A DNA stretch of 64,000 bases from contig JAVZCB010000004.1 of the NCBI GenBank assembly GCA_038874595.1, positions 65,061 through 129,060 on the forward strand, given 5' to 3'. The position numbers and the translations under genes are program-made. Each line of letters opens with the position of its first letter. The first letter of the stretch is position 1. Origin of the DNA: Candidatus Micrarchaeia archaeon. Its GTDB lineage: Archaea > Micrarchaeota > Micrarchaeia > CAILAH01. The notes under the pieces are model-generated. The model was not told the DNA's origin, ran no database searches, and was given only the letters and a program-made list of their open reading frames with translations. Shown here one piece after another: positions 28,786-38,997 of the stretch.

Positions 28786-30465
28786 TTAAAGGAGAGAGCG
28801 TACAATATAAAACACCCCAAACACCGACGGTATTATGAATACAAGATAAACTGCAAACCTCTTCCAGGAGCCACTATAATCAGCAATAAACAGGCTTGCA
28901 AGCACTGAAAATTCAAGCAGATATATGTTCACTGCAAACTCAACTGCCGGCAGCAGGCCGCGTGATGAATTGGTTGATAGCAATGTCTCTATATAACTCA
29001 GGTCAAGAGAAGAAACAAGCGAGAGCACTGCACCAAAGATTGCCGGCACAAGTATGCACGCCAGCATCAGGTTATACTTCTGCATTGAGAGGATGCTCTC
29101 ACGCTCACGCAGAAGCATAAACATATCGTGTATATCCTCAGCTGTGCTTTTAAGCGCCCTCTCCAAGGACGCGCCAACTTCTTGTATCTTTATTAGTAGC
29201 GATATGCCGCGCTCAATCACAGGTGAGCGGTTCCGGTCGACGATAGACTGGAGCGCCACACGAACAGGGAACCCTGCATTAACCTGCCTGCTGGCACGCT
29301 TAAACTCCTTTGAAAGCTCACTATAGTTTGCCTGTGATATCTCCTCTATAACCTTCTCCATGCCCAATGTGTGAAGTGACGCGGCATAAAACAGCGCATC
29401 CGGCATATAATCTTCCATTGACGAGATGCGCATATCATCGAGGTAAAGGAAAACCCCATAAACAAGAAGTGGCAAAAGCAGAATTATAAGAGAGAACGGG
29501 GACTGGGTAATGAAGAATAAAAGCAGTGAACCCAACAGCGAGCCTATTGTAAGGTAAGGGAGGAAACTTTGCGCAGGCATTTGTATGCCGTACCTGCCAA
29601 GGAATACTGTAAATTTGGTAAGCTCATCCTTGGAAAGGAAATCGGCACCGCGCTTTGAGATAGGCGGTGAGAAAAATCGCATCGCGAGCAGGAGCGAAAG
29701 TGTAAGCAGCGGAAGGGCAATCACGTATATTATAAATACTGATTCTGCGGTAAGCGAAATATCCATAAATGAGGAACCTACTAGTATATATGTAGTGGCA
29801 AGCGCAGGCACAACGGATGTAAGCGCAATCAGGATTACCCCCATCACCGAGCTTCGCGATGCGAACTCCTTTAGCCGCGCACGATGCTCAGAGCTTATCT
29901 CATCAACAAGCTTGTTAAGGCCGCTGCCCTCGTACCCATACGAATATAAGAATGCAAGGTGCGACAGTGCCTTATCAAGCATCCTGGAATCGGCCATTTC
30001 ACGCGCCCGGTTTATTGCATCCTGGGGGCTGACACCGTTCTTCAAGTCGTTTAGTATGCTCTGGAATATAGGCTGTGTGGAATCGCCGAAAGACGCTGCG
30101 GACTCAAGCGCACTCTCAAACGGGACACCTATTGCAAGCTCTGTTGAAAGCGCACGAAGCTGTATCGGGAGGTCCGCCTCAATCCTGAGTGCGCGGTTCC
30201 TTGCAAGCAGTTTTGGAACGCGCAGGGAAAGCAGGAAAAACAATATCACGAGCAGGATAACAACAACCGGCTGAAGCAATACATCAGTGATAACCCCTGC
30301 AAGAAAAATCCAGCCAATCAATACTGCTGCTATAAAAGATGCAATAAGCGCATAAGATGCATACTGCCCAGGGTCATATGTAAGCCCTGCACACCTGATA
30401 TCGCGTGCAAGCTCTGCCCTGCGCGCATCACTTAACAGCTTAAACGCCATAGCGGCTACCATCAC
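28786..30465 (-). CDS. Type IV pilus/T2SS F-family platform protein (TadC/PilC-like, two domains)
   Basis: Two IE-x-x-L/MP-x-x-L repeats, G-x-PFESALE, ELSKEF and multiple TMs. Confidence 0.85.
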   Translation of the reverse strand: MMVAAMAFKLLSDARRAELARDIRCAGLTYDPGQYASYALIASFIAAVLIGWIFLAGVITDVLLQPVVVILLVILFFLLSLRVPKLLARNRALRIEADLPIQLRALSTELAIGVPFESALESAASFGDSTQPIFQSILNDLKNGVSPQDAINRAREMADSRMLDKALSHLAFLYSYGYEGSGLNKLVDEISSEHRARLKEFASRSSVMGVILIALTSVVPALATTYILVGSSFMDISLTAESVFIIYVIALPLLTLSLLLAMRFFSPPISKRGADFLSKDELTKFTVFLGRYGIQMPAQSFLPYLTIGSLLGSLLLFFITQSPFSLIILLLPLLVYGVFLYLDDMRISSMEDYMPDALFYAASLHTLGMEKVIEEISQANYSELSKEFKRASRQVNAGFPVRVALQSIVDRNRSPVIERGISLLIKIQEVGASLERALKSTAEDIHDMFMLLRERESILSMQKYNLMLACILVPAIFGAVLSLVSSLDLSYIETLLSTNSSRGLLPAVEFAVNIYLLEFSVLASLFIADYSGSWKRFAVYLVFIIPSVFGVFYIVRSLL

Positions 30466-30535
30466 TTAAATGTAGTGAAAAAGGAATAAAAGCGCTTACA
30501 CTTACATAATAAAATAGTGTAAAAGGAAAAATCAA

Positions 30536-32077
30536 TCAAAACGCGTTCCTGTCAAACTCGCCGAGCACTATTTTTTGTAGCTCAACAGGCTTGACTTCTT
30601 CAGCAACTTTAAGTGCATAATCCAGCTTTGCTTCTGAATCTGAATAAATCTCAACAATCACTTCCCCTTTTCGTATGCGATCCCCGTGCTCGCATTTAAG
30701 CACGCACCCGGCCCCCTTTACTTTTGGTGCACCAGCGGCACGTGCAATCCTTGATATCTTAGAATTGCTAATATAATCAACGCGGCCATCCGCATCTGCA
30801 TAAATCTCTGCCTTGTACTTCCCAATTGGCAAATCGTCCACACGCAGGTTCGGCGAGCCACCCTGCGCCTCAACAATCTCGCGCAACTTATCAAACGCCT
30901 TGCCTGACTTGATTATGCTCATTGCCGTGTTATATCCTTCACCCTTACGCGCGAGTGCTGACAGCTCAAGCAGCGAGCCGGCGAGCAGGCAACTCTTATT
31001 GAACAGGTCCTGTGGGCCTCCTCCCTGCAACACCTCTATCACATCCCTACACTCAAGGGCAGGACCCACACCGTACCCTATCGGGTCACTGCCATCCGTA
31101 AGGAATACTTGCGTCTTAATGTCAAGCCGGCTGCCTATATCTATGAAATCCTTTGCAAGGTCTTTTGCGCGTGCCGGGTCCTCAAACTTTGACCCGCGCC
31201 CGATAGGCACATCTATAACAAGGTATTTTGAGCCCACCGCTTTCTTCTTTGCCATTATGCTTGCGAGCAGCATACCGCGCGGGTCAAGCCTGAACGGATA
31301 CCTAATTCGGATAAGCTTGTCATCGGCAGGTGCCAGGTGTGCACCACCGCCCCACACAATACACCCGTGCGTCTTCAGGACGATATCGCGGATTTCATCC
31401 TTGCCAAAATTAACATTGCAGAGTGTTTCCATTGTATCGGCAGTGCCAGCCGCAGATGTGATTGCACGCGAGGACGTTTTTGGGAAATATGCGCCTGCAG
31501 CCGCAAGTATTGGGACTACAACCATCGTTGTGCGGTTGCCCGCAACACCGCCAACACAGTGCTTATCAACAATTGGTGATACGCCTAGCTCAAGTGTATC
31601 ACCAGATTTCATTATCGCATTCGTAAGTGCCACCGTCTCCTCGGCGTTAAGGCCACGCGAATATACGGCCGCCACAAAAACAGCAAGTTCGGCCTCGCTG
31701 AGCTTGTTGCCCATCAGGTCTTTTACAATCTCCTCAATCTCACCAGCCCTCAGCTCATTGCCATCGAGCTTTTTCCTTATGTAATCTATTGATGCCGGCT
31801 TGCCGAGCGGGAATATTGCTACCTTATCACCAGGAACGCATTTGAGCGTATCAACTATCTCAATGAACGCGCCAACCTCACCCTCACGCACAAGCGTGGT
31901 TGAAGTGTCCACAATGGCGGACATTTTCTTGCCTTTATACTCAATCTCTACACGGTCGCCCATGAACAAGTCGCGCTGGCGCGCTTCAGTCTCATTAAGT
32001 ACAATTATGGGCAGGCCTGCACCTATATCAAAGACCTTAACCCTATACTCAACCCTAACATGCTCCCTTTGCGCCAT
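30536..32077 (-). CDS. AMP phosphorylase
   Basis: N-terminal extension; DKHCVGGVAGNRTT, PKTSSRAITSAAGTAD and PIGYGVGPALE. Confidence 0.92.
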   Translation of the reverse strand: MAQREHVRVEYRVKVFDIGAGLPIIVLNETEARQRDLFMGDRVEIEYKGKKMSAIVDTSTTLVREGEVGAFIEIVDTLKCVPGDKVAIFPLGKPASIDYIRKKLDGNELRAGEIEEIVKDLMGNKLSEAELAVFVAAVYSRGLNAEETVALTNAIMKSGDTLELGVSPIVDKHCVGGVAGNRTTMVVVPILAAAGAYFPKTSSRAITSAAGTADTMETLCNVNFGKDEIRDIVLKTHGCIVWGGGAHLAPADDKLIRIRYPFRLDPRGMLLASIMAKKKAVGSKYLVIDVPIGRGSKFEDPARAKDLAKDFIDIGSRLDIKTQVFLTDGSDPIGYGVGPALECRDVIEVLQGGGPQDLFNKSCLLAGSLLELSALARKGEGYNTAMSIIKSGKAFDKLREIVEAQGGSPNLRVDDLPIGKYKAEIYADADGRVDYISNSKISRIARAAGAPKVKGAGCVLKCEHGDRIRKGEVIVEIYSDSEAKLDYALKVAEEVKPVELQKIVLGEFDRNAF

Positions 32078-32086
32078 TGCAACACC

Positions 32087-33001
32087 TTACTTTGCAAACA
32101 TCATTATGGATTGCGGCGGCACTATGCCTTTCTCCGTTATATATGCAGTAACATAATCAGCTGGCGTGACATCAAATGCCGGGTTGGCTATCTTGAGCAT
32201 TTTCGGCTTTGTACCCTTATACACCTCATCTGGCGACCTTTGTTCAATCGGCTCATGCATCCCCCACCGCGTAAGGTAATCAAACTTGTACAACTCAGCT
32301 GCGGAATAAAAAGACACCTCAAACAGGTGCGCGCTGTGTGCAATAGATGCCGTCCCGATCTTGTTCACAAGGTTCCCTGAAGATGTAACCGCATCAGCAC
32401 CAACAAACACTGCATCGCAGTGCCTTATGTAAGAGTGCGCTGCACTGTCAACAATGAGTGTTGTCTGGATACCGTGTGAAGCCAGCTCTTTTGCGGTCCT
32501 GACACCTTGGTACAGTGGCCGCGTCTCGCACGCAATAACTGAGAAGTCCTTGCCTGTATCGTATGCTCTCGTGAATATGCCTACAACGGTTGAGCTGTGG
32601 CAGTGTGTCAAGTATGTCCTACCTTCCCGTATGAGCGAGGCACCGTACTCAACGATTGCTTCCTTGGAACGCTCCATATCCTTATGAATGCTCTTCTGCA
32701 ATGAAAGGACAAGCGCTTTCAGCTCTGGCACTGAAGCATCCTTGTCGCGCTGGACATAGTTCAGGATATAGCGCAGGCAGTTGCGCAGCATCGGCTCTGT
32801 CGGGCGTGCTGCTGCAAGCTCATCAGCCGCAACAAGAAGCGCTGATATATAGGAATTCCGGTTTGTACCCTTGAATGCCGAAGACTCGATGGCGAGCGCA
32901 TCCACAGCTGCTTTTGCTATGTTGCGTGCACCCTGGATTTTAAGGGATTTTATATCTCGCACAATCCGCTGTACCTCTTTATCCATACGGGAATAGTTCA
33001 A
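32087..33001 (-). CDS. Ribose-1,5-bisphosphate isomerase (eIF-2B-like family)
   Basis: IQGA, RPTEP, THCHS (catalytic Cys), ETRP, GAD (catalytic Asp), NKIGT and NPAFDVTP; adjacent to AMP phosphorylase. Confidence 0.9.
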   Translation of the reverse strand: MNYSRMDKEVQRIVRDIKSLKIQGARNIAKAAVDALAIESSAFKGTNRNSYISALLVAADELAAARPTEPMLRNCLRYILNYVQRDKDASVPELKALVLSLQKSIHKDMERSKEAIVEYGASLIREGRTYLTHCHSSTVVGIFTRAYDTGKDFSVIACETRPLYQGVRTAKELASHGIQTTLIVDSAAHSYIRHCDAVFVGADAVTSSGNLVNKIGTASIAHSAHLFEVSFYSAAELYKFDYLTRWGMHEPIEQRSPDEVYKGTKPKMLKIANPAFDVTPADYVTAYITEKGIVPPQSIMMFAK

Positions 33002-33063
33002 TATATAAATTTAAAAATGTTGATAGGTTAATTCTCCACGTCGTCTAAATTGGGGTAGGTTGA

Positions 33064-34182
33064 ATGGATGCTTCTCAGAAGGCAGGGAATGTGCAGGGTG
33101 CACCTGCAAATGTGGATAATATTGCCACCTCCCTTTCAATAGAAAAAAATGAGGATAAGGAACTCCTGGATTTTCTGCAGGAGAGCGTGCCTAAGATATG
33201 TGTTGTGGGTACTGGCGGGAGTGGGTGCAACACCATTAACCGCCTTTCACAGATGGGTATTGAAGGTGCCGAGCTTATTGCTGCAAACACAGATGTGCAG
33301 CACCTCCTGAAGATAAAAGCTGATAAGAAGATACTGCTTGGCAAGAAGCTTACACGTGGGATGGGTGCCGGCAGCAACCCGGAGATTGGTGAGGGCGCTG
33401 CAAAGGAGAGCATCAAGGAGATTGAGAAGGCGCTTGAAGGCGCATCAATGGTATTCATAACGTGCGGTATGGGCGGCGGTACAGGGACCGGCTCTGCGCA
33501 CGTCATTGCGGAAGTCGCAAAGAATATGGGTGCGCTCACAATAGGTGTTGTAACCCTGCCATTCTTCTCTGAAGGCAGGCAAAGAAGGAAAAATGCGCTT
33601 GAAGGGCTTGCAAAGCTCAGGAAAAAGGCGGATACAACCATAGTTATCACGAATGATAAGCTGCTCACAATTGCGCCCGACCTGCCCCTGAACACCGCAT
33701 TCAGGATTTCTGATGAAGTGCTCGCGGGCGCATCAAAGGGGATAACTGAGCTTATAACAAAGGCCGGGCTGGTCAACCTTGATTTTGCAGACCTGAAAAC
33801 GATACTACTCAACGGCGGATATGCGGTAATAGGTACTGGCGAATCATCAGCTGATTCAAAGCCGAATGAGCGCGCCAAGCTGGCAATTGAGGCCGCGCTC
33901 AACTCGCCATTGCTTGATGCGGACATTGCAGGCTCCAACAGGGCGCTCATCAACGTGACTGGCGGTGCGGATATGACACTGCGCGAAGCCGAGCTTATGG
34001 TAACAGAAGTGTCTGCCAGAATTGCAAAGGATTCGCACATAATATGGGGTGCACGTGTCGATGAGGACATGCCAAGGAATACTATAAAGGTTCTCGTGGT
34101 GCTTGCAGGGGCAGAGTTCCCAGAGTATAAGCTTGAGCAGGAGAAGCTCAGTAATATGGATATTGAGCTTGATGTTATATAA
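33064..34182 (+). CDS. ftsZ: Cell division protein FtsZ
   Basis: GTGGSGCN, GMGGGTGTG and NLDFAD. Confidence 0.97.
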   Translation: MDASQKAGNVQGAPANVDNIATSLSIEKNEDKELLDFLQESVPKICVVGTGGSGCNTINRLSQMGIEGAELIAANTDVQHLLKIKADKKILLGKKLTRGMGAGSNPEIGEGAAKESIKEIEKALEGASMVFITCGMGGGTGTGSAHVIAEVAKNMGALTIGVVTLPFFSEGRQRRKNALEGLAKLRKKADTTIVITNDKLLTIAPDLPLNTAFRISDEVLAGASKGITELITKAGLVNLDFADLKTILLNGGYAVIGTGESSADSKPNERAKLAIEAALNSPLLDADIAGSNRALINVTGGADMTLREAELMVTEVSARIAKDSHIIWGARVDEDMPRNTIKVLVVLAGAEFPEYKLEQEKLSNMDIELDVI

Positions 34183-34205
34183 GCGATTGAATGTGGTGAT
34201 TGAAG

Positions 34206-34379
34206 ATGGGGTTTTTCATTCTGGATTTCATAAACCAGGCGCAGAGGGTTATGACAGTTGCAAAGAAGCCTGACAGCGAAGAATTCAAGAAGATGTTCAG
34301 GATAGTTACACTATCTGCATTTGCAATCGGCATGATTGGGTTTATCATAGGCCTGGCGTTCGTGCTTGTTGGCGGGTAG
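34206..34379 (+). CDS. secE: Protein translocase subunit SecE/Sec61-gamma (57 aa, absent from ORF track)
   Basis: MGFFILDFINQAQRVMTVAKKPDSEEFKKMFRIVTLSAFAIGMIGFII...; conserved position between ftsZ and spt5. Confidence 0.9.
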   Translation: MGFFILDFINQAQRVMTVAKKPDSEEFKKMFRIVTLSAFAIGMIGFIIGLAFVLVGG

Positions 34380-34384
34380 ATAAT

Positions 34385-34834
34385 ATGGGTTACTATGCAT
34401 TGCGCGTCACTGCCGGGCAGGAGAAGATTGTTGCAGACCTGCTCAAAAACAGGATTAGCAAGTTGAAAATAAACATCTCATCAATACTTGTGCTTGATGG
34501 GTTCAAAGGGTATGTTATAGTGGAGGCCGCTGAAGAGGCAGATGTAAAAAAGGCGGCGTTCCAGGTGCCAAACATCAAAGGTGTGCTGCCAGGTGAAGTC
34601 TCGGCAGATGAAATAAAGAAAATGATTGATGCAAAACCGCAAATATTCAGCATTGCAAAAGGCGATGTCGTTGAGGTGATAAACGGGCCGTTCAAGGGCG
34701 ACAGGGCAAAGGTCGTTAAAATAGACCTTGAGAAGGAAGAAGCTACCATTGAGCTGCTTGAAGTGACGGTCCCAATCCCGATAACGACAAAACTGTCCTG
34801 GCTGAAAATACATCAGAAAGCTGAAAAAGAATAA
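34385..34834 (+). CDS. spt5: Transcription elongation factor Spt5
   Basis: TAGQE, KGYVIVEA and KOW motif GDVVEVINGPFKG. Confidence 0.95.
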   Translation: MGYYALRVTAGQEKIVADLLKNRISKLKINISSILVLDGFKGYVIVEAAEEADVKKAAFQVPNIKGVLPGEVSADEIKKMIDAKPQIFSIAKGDVVEVINGPFKGDRAKVVKIDLEKEEATIELLEVTVPIPITTKLSWLKIHQKAEKE

Positions 34835-34853
34835 GTGAAGGGTGTGGTATAGT

Positions 34854-35333
34854 ATGGCAAAACAGACAATAAATGCACTGGTCTCAGGGGGCAAGGCGTC
34901 TGCAGGCCCCCCACTTGGTCCCGCTATCGGGCCAACTGGAATAAACATACAGAAGGTTATATCTGCTATAAACGAAAAGACAAAGGATTTTGCAGGCATA
35001 CAGGTCCCGGTAAAGGTTATCATAGATACCTCTACAAAGGAATTTGAGATTGAGGTTGGTACGCCTCCCATGAGCGCGCTCATTGTAAAGGAGATTGGGA
35101 TTGAAAAAGGTGCCGGGAACAAAGAAACAATTGCAGGCAATATCACTATGGATAAGGTGGTCAAGCTTGCAAAGATGAAGCGCGACTCGCTCAATACGGC
35201 TTCGCTCAAGAATGGCGTACTCCAGGTTTTGGGGACATGCGTAAGCCTGAACGTCACATGTGAAGGCAAGAATGCAAAAGAGGTCATAAGAGAGGTCAAG
35301 CAGGGCGCTTACGACAAGCTCTTCAAGGAATAG
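34854..35333 (+). CDS. rpl11: 50S ribosomal protein L11 (uL11)
   Basis: GGKASAGPPLGPAIGP, VPVKV and GTCVSL. Confidence 0.96.
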   Translation: MAKQTINALVSGGKASAGPPLGPAIGPTGINIQKVISAINEKTKDFAGIQVPVKVIIDTSTKEFEIEVGTPPMSALIVKEIGIEKGAGNKETIAGNITMDKVVKLAKMKRDSLNTASLKNGVLQVLGTCVSLNVTCEGKNAKEVIREVKQGAYDKLFKE

Positions 35334-35344
35334 AGGGGGTTGCG

Positions 35345-36973
35345 TTGCAACGTGAAGCCGCCTGGGCATTCGTGATTGCGCTCCTAATCTTATCCTCAAC
35401 CGCTTACGCGGACAGGATAAAATGGTCAGCTGGATTGGATAGGGATGTCACGGGCGGGCTGATAGTTGATAGTGGGTACATTTATGTAACTGCGCTTGAC
35501 ACGCTTTACAAAATTGACATAATTGATGGAAAAACCATCTGGGCGCTCACACTGAAAGGTACACTTCTCAAGCCGGTTAAGAGTGAATCGCTCGTTATTG
35601 TTGCATCCAAGGAAGGAAGCATATACCTGGTAAATGACCAGACCAAGTCTGTAATGAAAACACTCAACACTAGCGGGGAGATTTTAAACAGCCCGCTGCT
35701 CATTGCAGCTAATGCATATTTCCCTACATCGAAAGGCATTGTAGCAGTAAATACACAAACATCCTCAATCTCCTGGAAGCAGTCGCAGGAATGCAGTGTA
35801 CAGGCAACACCAATTAGCGTCGGTGATATGCTAGTAGTGCCATGCGATAACGGAAATGTGATGCTCATTGCACGCTCAAACGGCGCAATTATCGACCAGA
35901 CAAAATATGATGATGTATTCTGGAAACCATCACCGGCGTTGCAGGACACGCGCGTTATCCTTGGAAGTTTTGGCGGGAAAATATATGCCGTCTCCTCAAA
36001 GTCACCAAAAAATATCGTATGGGTGCGCTCAACACAGGATGGCACAAGTGTTGCTGCGGATGTGTATGCAGACAACAGCAAGATAATAATAACAACTGCC
36101 GGCGGGAAGATATGTTCACTTAACGTTGATGGCAGCCTGAACTGGTGCAGGGATACTTCAAGCGAAGTTGCATCGCGGCCAATAGTTACTGACAGCTGGA
36201 TTTATGCAATAACCGATTCTGGCACTATATATGGGATAAGCCACGATGGCGAGGTTGGTTGGGTATATGAGTCCGGGCTGCAAACCAAGGCAGACATATC
36301 AAAAAAGGGAAGCATGATATATGCGGTTTCAAAGAATGGTACCCTGGCGGCACTGTCTACATCTTCTTGCAACATACTATTTCCTGAGGAGGGAAGCGAT
36401 GTTGCGGGTGTTGAGCAGGTTGAGGTTACAGTTGACCCATACGCTGATATGGAGATAACAAACGTGCAAGTCCGCGTTGAAGGAGGTGCCTGGGTTGACG
36501 CATCAAAGGTAGGGAATGTTTACATTGCCAAGATACCTATCAGCTCAATCCCTGCTGGAAACTCACAGTTGTCCTGTAGGGTTATCAGCAAGGACGGTGA
36601 AGAGCTTCCCCCCTACACTTCAATAAAGATTACCAAATCGGGTGCAGGAAAGAAAATGAAGGTTGATGCCCCAACAAATGTAGGGTTTGGCTCATCGTTC
36701 ATGGTTAAGATATCAGATGAAAATGGTGCACCTCTTGATAAGGCTACAGTTATATTTGGTGCACTGCAATATACCGATGTAAATGGTGCGCTCAAAATAA
36801 CACCGCCCGCAAAAGGTATTTACAGGCTAGAAATTAGGCGCGCAGGGTATGTGCCTTTCAGGCAGGATGTTACTGTAAGTGATGATTACACAATAATAAT
36901 AGTGATTGGAGGGTTGTTTATTCTTGCAGTTGCAGTGTTCTACATACTTTATAAAAAATGGATGGAGGAGTGA
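35345..36973 (+). CDS. Secreted PQQ-like (BamB-type) beta-propeller protein with Ig-like domains and C-terminal anchor
   Basis: Signal peptide; repeated G-x-x-x-W blades; C-terminal TM followed by a charged tail. Confidence 0.8.
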   Translation: MQREAAWAFVIALLILSSTAYADRIKWSAGLDRDVTGGLIVDSGYIYVTALDTLYKIDIIDGKTIWALTLKGTLLKPVKSESLVIVASKEGSIYLVNDQTKSVMKTLNTSGEILNSPLLIAANAYFPTSKGIVAVNTQTSSISWKQSQECSVQATPISVGDMLVVPCDNGNVMLIARSNGAIIDQTKYDDVFWKPSPALQDTRVILGSFGGKIYAVSSKSPKNIVWVRSTQDGTSVAADVYADNSKIIITTAGGKICSLNVDGSLNWCRDTSSEVASRPIVTDSWIYAITDSGTIYGISHDGEVGWVYESGLQTKADISKKGSMIYAVSKNGTLAALSTSSCNILFPEEGSDVAGVEQVEVTVDPYADMEITNVQVRVEGGAWVDASKVGNVYIAKIPISSIPAGNSQLSCRVISKDGEELPPYTSIKITKSGAGKKMKVDAPTNVGFGSSFMVKISDENGAPLDKATVIFGALQYTDVNGALKITPPAKGIYRLEIRRAGYVPFRQDVTVSDDYTIIIVIGGLFILAVAVFYILYKKWMEE

Positions 36974-36984
36974 AAGGTGATGTG

Positions 36985-37713
36985 ATGGTTGGCAAAAATG
37001 CAATTGCTATTGGCGTTATTACGACGGTGCTCATTGCCGTGGTGATGATGGGCTGCACTGGTGGAGACAGTACAAAATCGTGCGCGAAAGACTCCGACTG
37101 CCTCACCTGGCAGAAATGCAGCGACAAGGGGGTTTGTGTTGTGCGTGAGGGATTCTGCGGCAGTGCAGCAGACTGCGGTGCCACTGATAAGTATGATTGC
37201 GATAAGAAATCCCACAAATGCGTTTTCAAAAAGGGATTTTGTGCAACAGATGCCGACTGTGAAGGGTGGCAACAGTGCGACACTGTGCTTGGCAAATGCC
37301 AGGTTAGGGCAGGGTTCTGTGGCTCAAACGAGTATTGTGAGGGAAGCTGGCAGTATTGCAGTGAGGAGACACACACGTGCAAGCCACTGAAAGGAAAATG
37401 CCTAAATGATTTTGACTGCAGCGCGTGGGAGTTGTGTGATGTATCCACAAAGACGTGCAAGGTTATGGCTGGCAGGTGCAACAGCGATACTGACTGCAAT
37501 GCGTGGGAGCAGTGCGATGTTAAAACTAACTACTGCAAGGTTAAAGCAGGATTCTGCGGAAATGAAAGGGATTGCAAGGATTGGGAATATTGCAATTTAC
37601 AGACAAGAAGATGCGTTCCAAAGGCCGGCAGCTGCAATGTTGATGAGGACTGTGGCAAAGGTGAATACTGCGATAAGAGAAGCCATGCGTGCAAAGTCCC
37701 ATCAAATACCTGA
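36985..37713 (+). CDS. Cys-rich tandem-repeat lipoprotein (8 four-Cys repeats)
   Basis: Leader ending MMGC; eight ~26-aa C-x2-D-x-DC-x2-W-x2-C-x6-C units. Confidence 0.8.
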   Translation: MVGKNAIAIGVITTVLIAVVMMGCTGGDSTKSCAKDSDCLTWQKCSDKGVCVVREGFCGSAADCGATDKYDCDKKSHKCVFKKGFCATDADCEGWQQCDTVLGKCQVRAGFCGSNEYCEGSWQYCSEETHTCKPLKGKCLNDFDCSAWELCDVSTKTCKVMAGRCNSDTDCNAWEQCDVKTNYCKVKAGFCGNERDCKDWEYCNLQTRRCVPKAGSCNVDEDCGKGEYCDKRSHACKVPSNT

Positions 37714-37763
37714 TTTCGGCTTTTTCTTTCTTTTTAAAAAAGCATTTTAATAGTTCTGCAGAT

Positions 37764-38990
37764 ATGATTTGCATGCTATCAACAACCAGCACCAAACGCA
37801 AGGTCATATTCTTGCTTATTGATGGTATGGGCAGCCTGCCAGTCAAGAATGGAAAAACTGAATGGGAGTTGACTCCAACACCCCACCTTGATAAGCTAAT
37901 GCAAAATGGAGTGTATGGGTTAATGCATCCAATAGGCATAGGCATAACCCCAGGGAGCGACACGTCCCAGCTTAATATCCTAGGGTACCCGCCAGAGAAA
38001 TACTACCCTGGAAGGGGCCCGCTTGAAGCGCTTGGGATTGGGATACAGCTTGAAGATGGTGATGTTGCATTCAGGGCAAACTTTGCAACCGTAGGAAAAG
38101 GGCTTGTCGTGAAGGACAGGCGGGCAGGCAGGATTAGAACTGAAGATGCACATGCGCTTGCACGCGGGATCTCATATATGAAAATAGATGGGTTTGAATT
38201 CTTTTTCAGGGCGAGTGTGGAGCACCGTGGTGCTGTGGTGGTTCGCAGGAAAGGTGGCATACCTAAAAATATTAGTATCGGCGATACTGACCCTCACAAG
38301 GAAGGTGTTCCTGTTATGCTCAAAAAAGATAATGCGCTTGCGCGCGCCATAGCAAAGTATACATTAAAAACGCACGAGATACTTTCAAAAAGCGATATAA
38401 ATAAAGGAAAGAACTTGCCGGCAAACGCGCTTTTGCTAAGAGGTGCCGGCACTTATAAGTCTGTTGAGCCATTTGAGAAGCGGTTCGGGATGAAAGCGTG
38501 CTGTGTGGCAGGCGCAGCACTATACAAAGGCATTGCGCGGTATCTTGGCATGCACGTATGCAACGTAAATGGCGCAACTGGCACATACAAAACGGACTTT
38601 AAAGCTAAAGTGCGGGCTGCACTGTCACACCTAAATGAGTACGATTTTGTGTATCTGCACGTGAAAGCCATGGACAATGCGGGGCACGACGGAAATGTTA
38701 AAATGCGCACTGAGATAATAAGAAAGATTGATGGAATGGTTGGCATGCTCAGTAAACGGCAGGATGCCCTGTTGGTTATTACAGGGGACCATTCAACACC
38801 ACCAACAAAAAGGGAACACTCTTTTGAGCCCGTACCCTTCTTAATATCAAACGTTGCAGCGAGAGACTACGGTGCAAAAAAGTTCTGTGAGATTGAGTGC
38901 TCGCACGGTGAGCTTGGCACCATAACCGGCAGAGATGTGATGAGGCTCATCCTCTCATACTCGGGAAGATCTGAAAAATATGGGGAATAA
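37764..38990 (+). CDS. apgM: 2,3-BPG-independent phosphoglycerate mutase (archaeal)
   Basis: IDGMG, PGSDT, GRGPLEALG, DRRAGRI, HVKAMDNAGHDG and TGDHSTP. Confidence 0.93.
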   Translation: MICMLSTTSTKRKVIFLLIDGMGSLPVKNGKTEWELTPTPHLDKLMQNGVYGLMHPIGIGITPGSDTSQLNILGYPPEKYYPGRGPLEALGIGIQLEDGDVAFRANFATVGKGLVVKDRRAGRIRTEDAHALARGISYMKIDGFEFFFRASVEHRGAVVVRRKGGIPKNISIGDTDPHKEGVPVMLKKDNALARAIAKYTLKTHEILSKSDINKGKNLPANALLLRGAGTYKSVEPFEKRFGMKACCVAGAALYKGIARYLGMHVCNVNGATGTYKTDFKAKVRAALSHLNEYDFVYLHVKAMDNAGHDGNVKMRTEIIRKIDGMVGMLSKRQDALLVITGDHSTPPTKREHSFEPVPFLISNVAARDYGAKKFCEIECSHGELGTITGRDVMRLILSYSGRSEKYGE

Positions 38991-38997
38991 GAAGTTT

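Noticed and set aside
32087-33001. Translation factor eIF-2B or methylthioribose-1-phosphate isomerase
   Set aside because: THCHS and RPTEP motifs plus adjacency to AMP phosphorylase favour R15P isomerase
33075-34070. 331-aa - strand ORF, and many similar short antisense ORFs across the window
   Set aside because: Antisense to ftsZ or other confident genes; Ser/Pro-rich shadow composition
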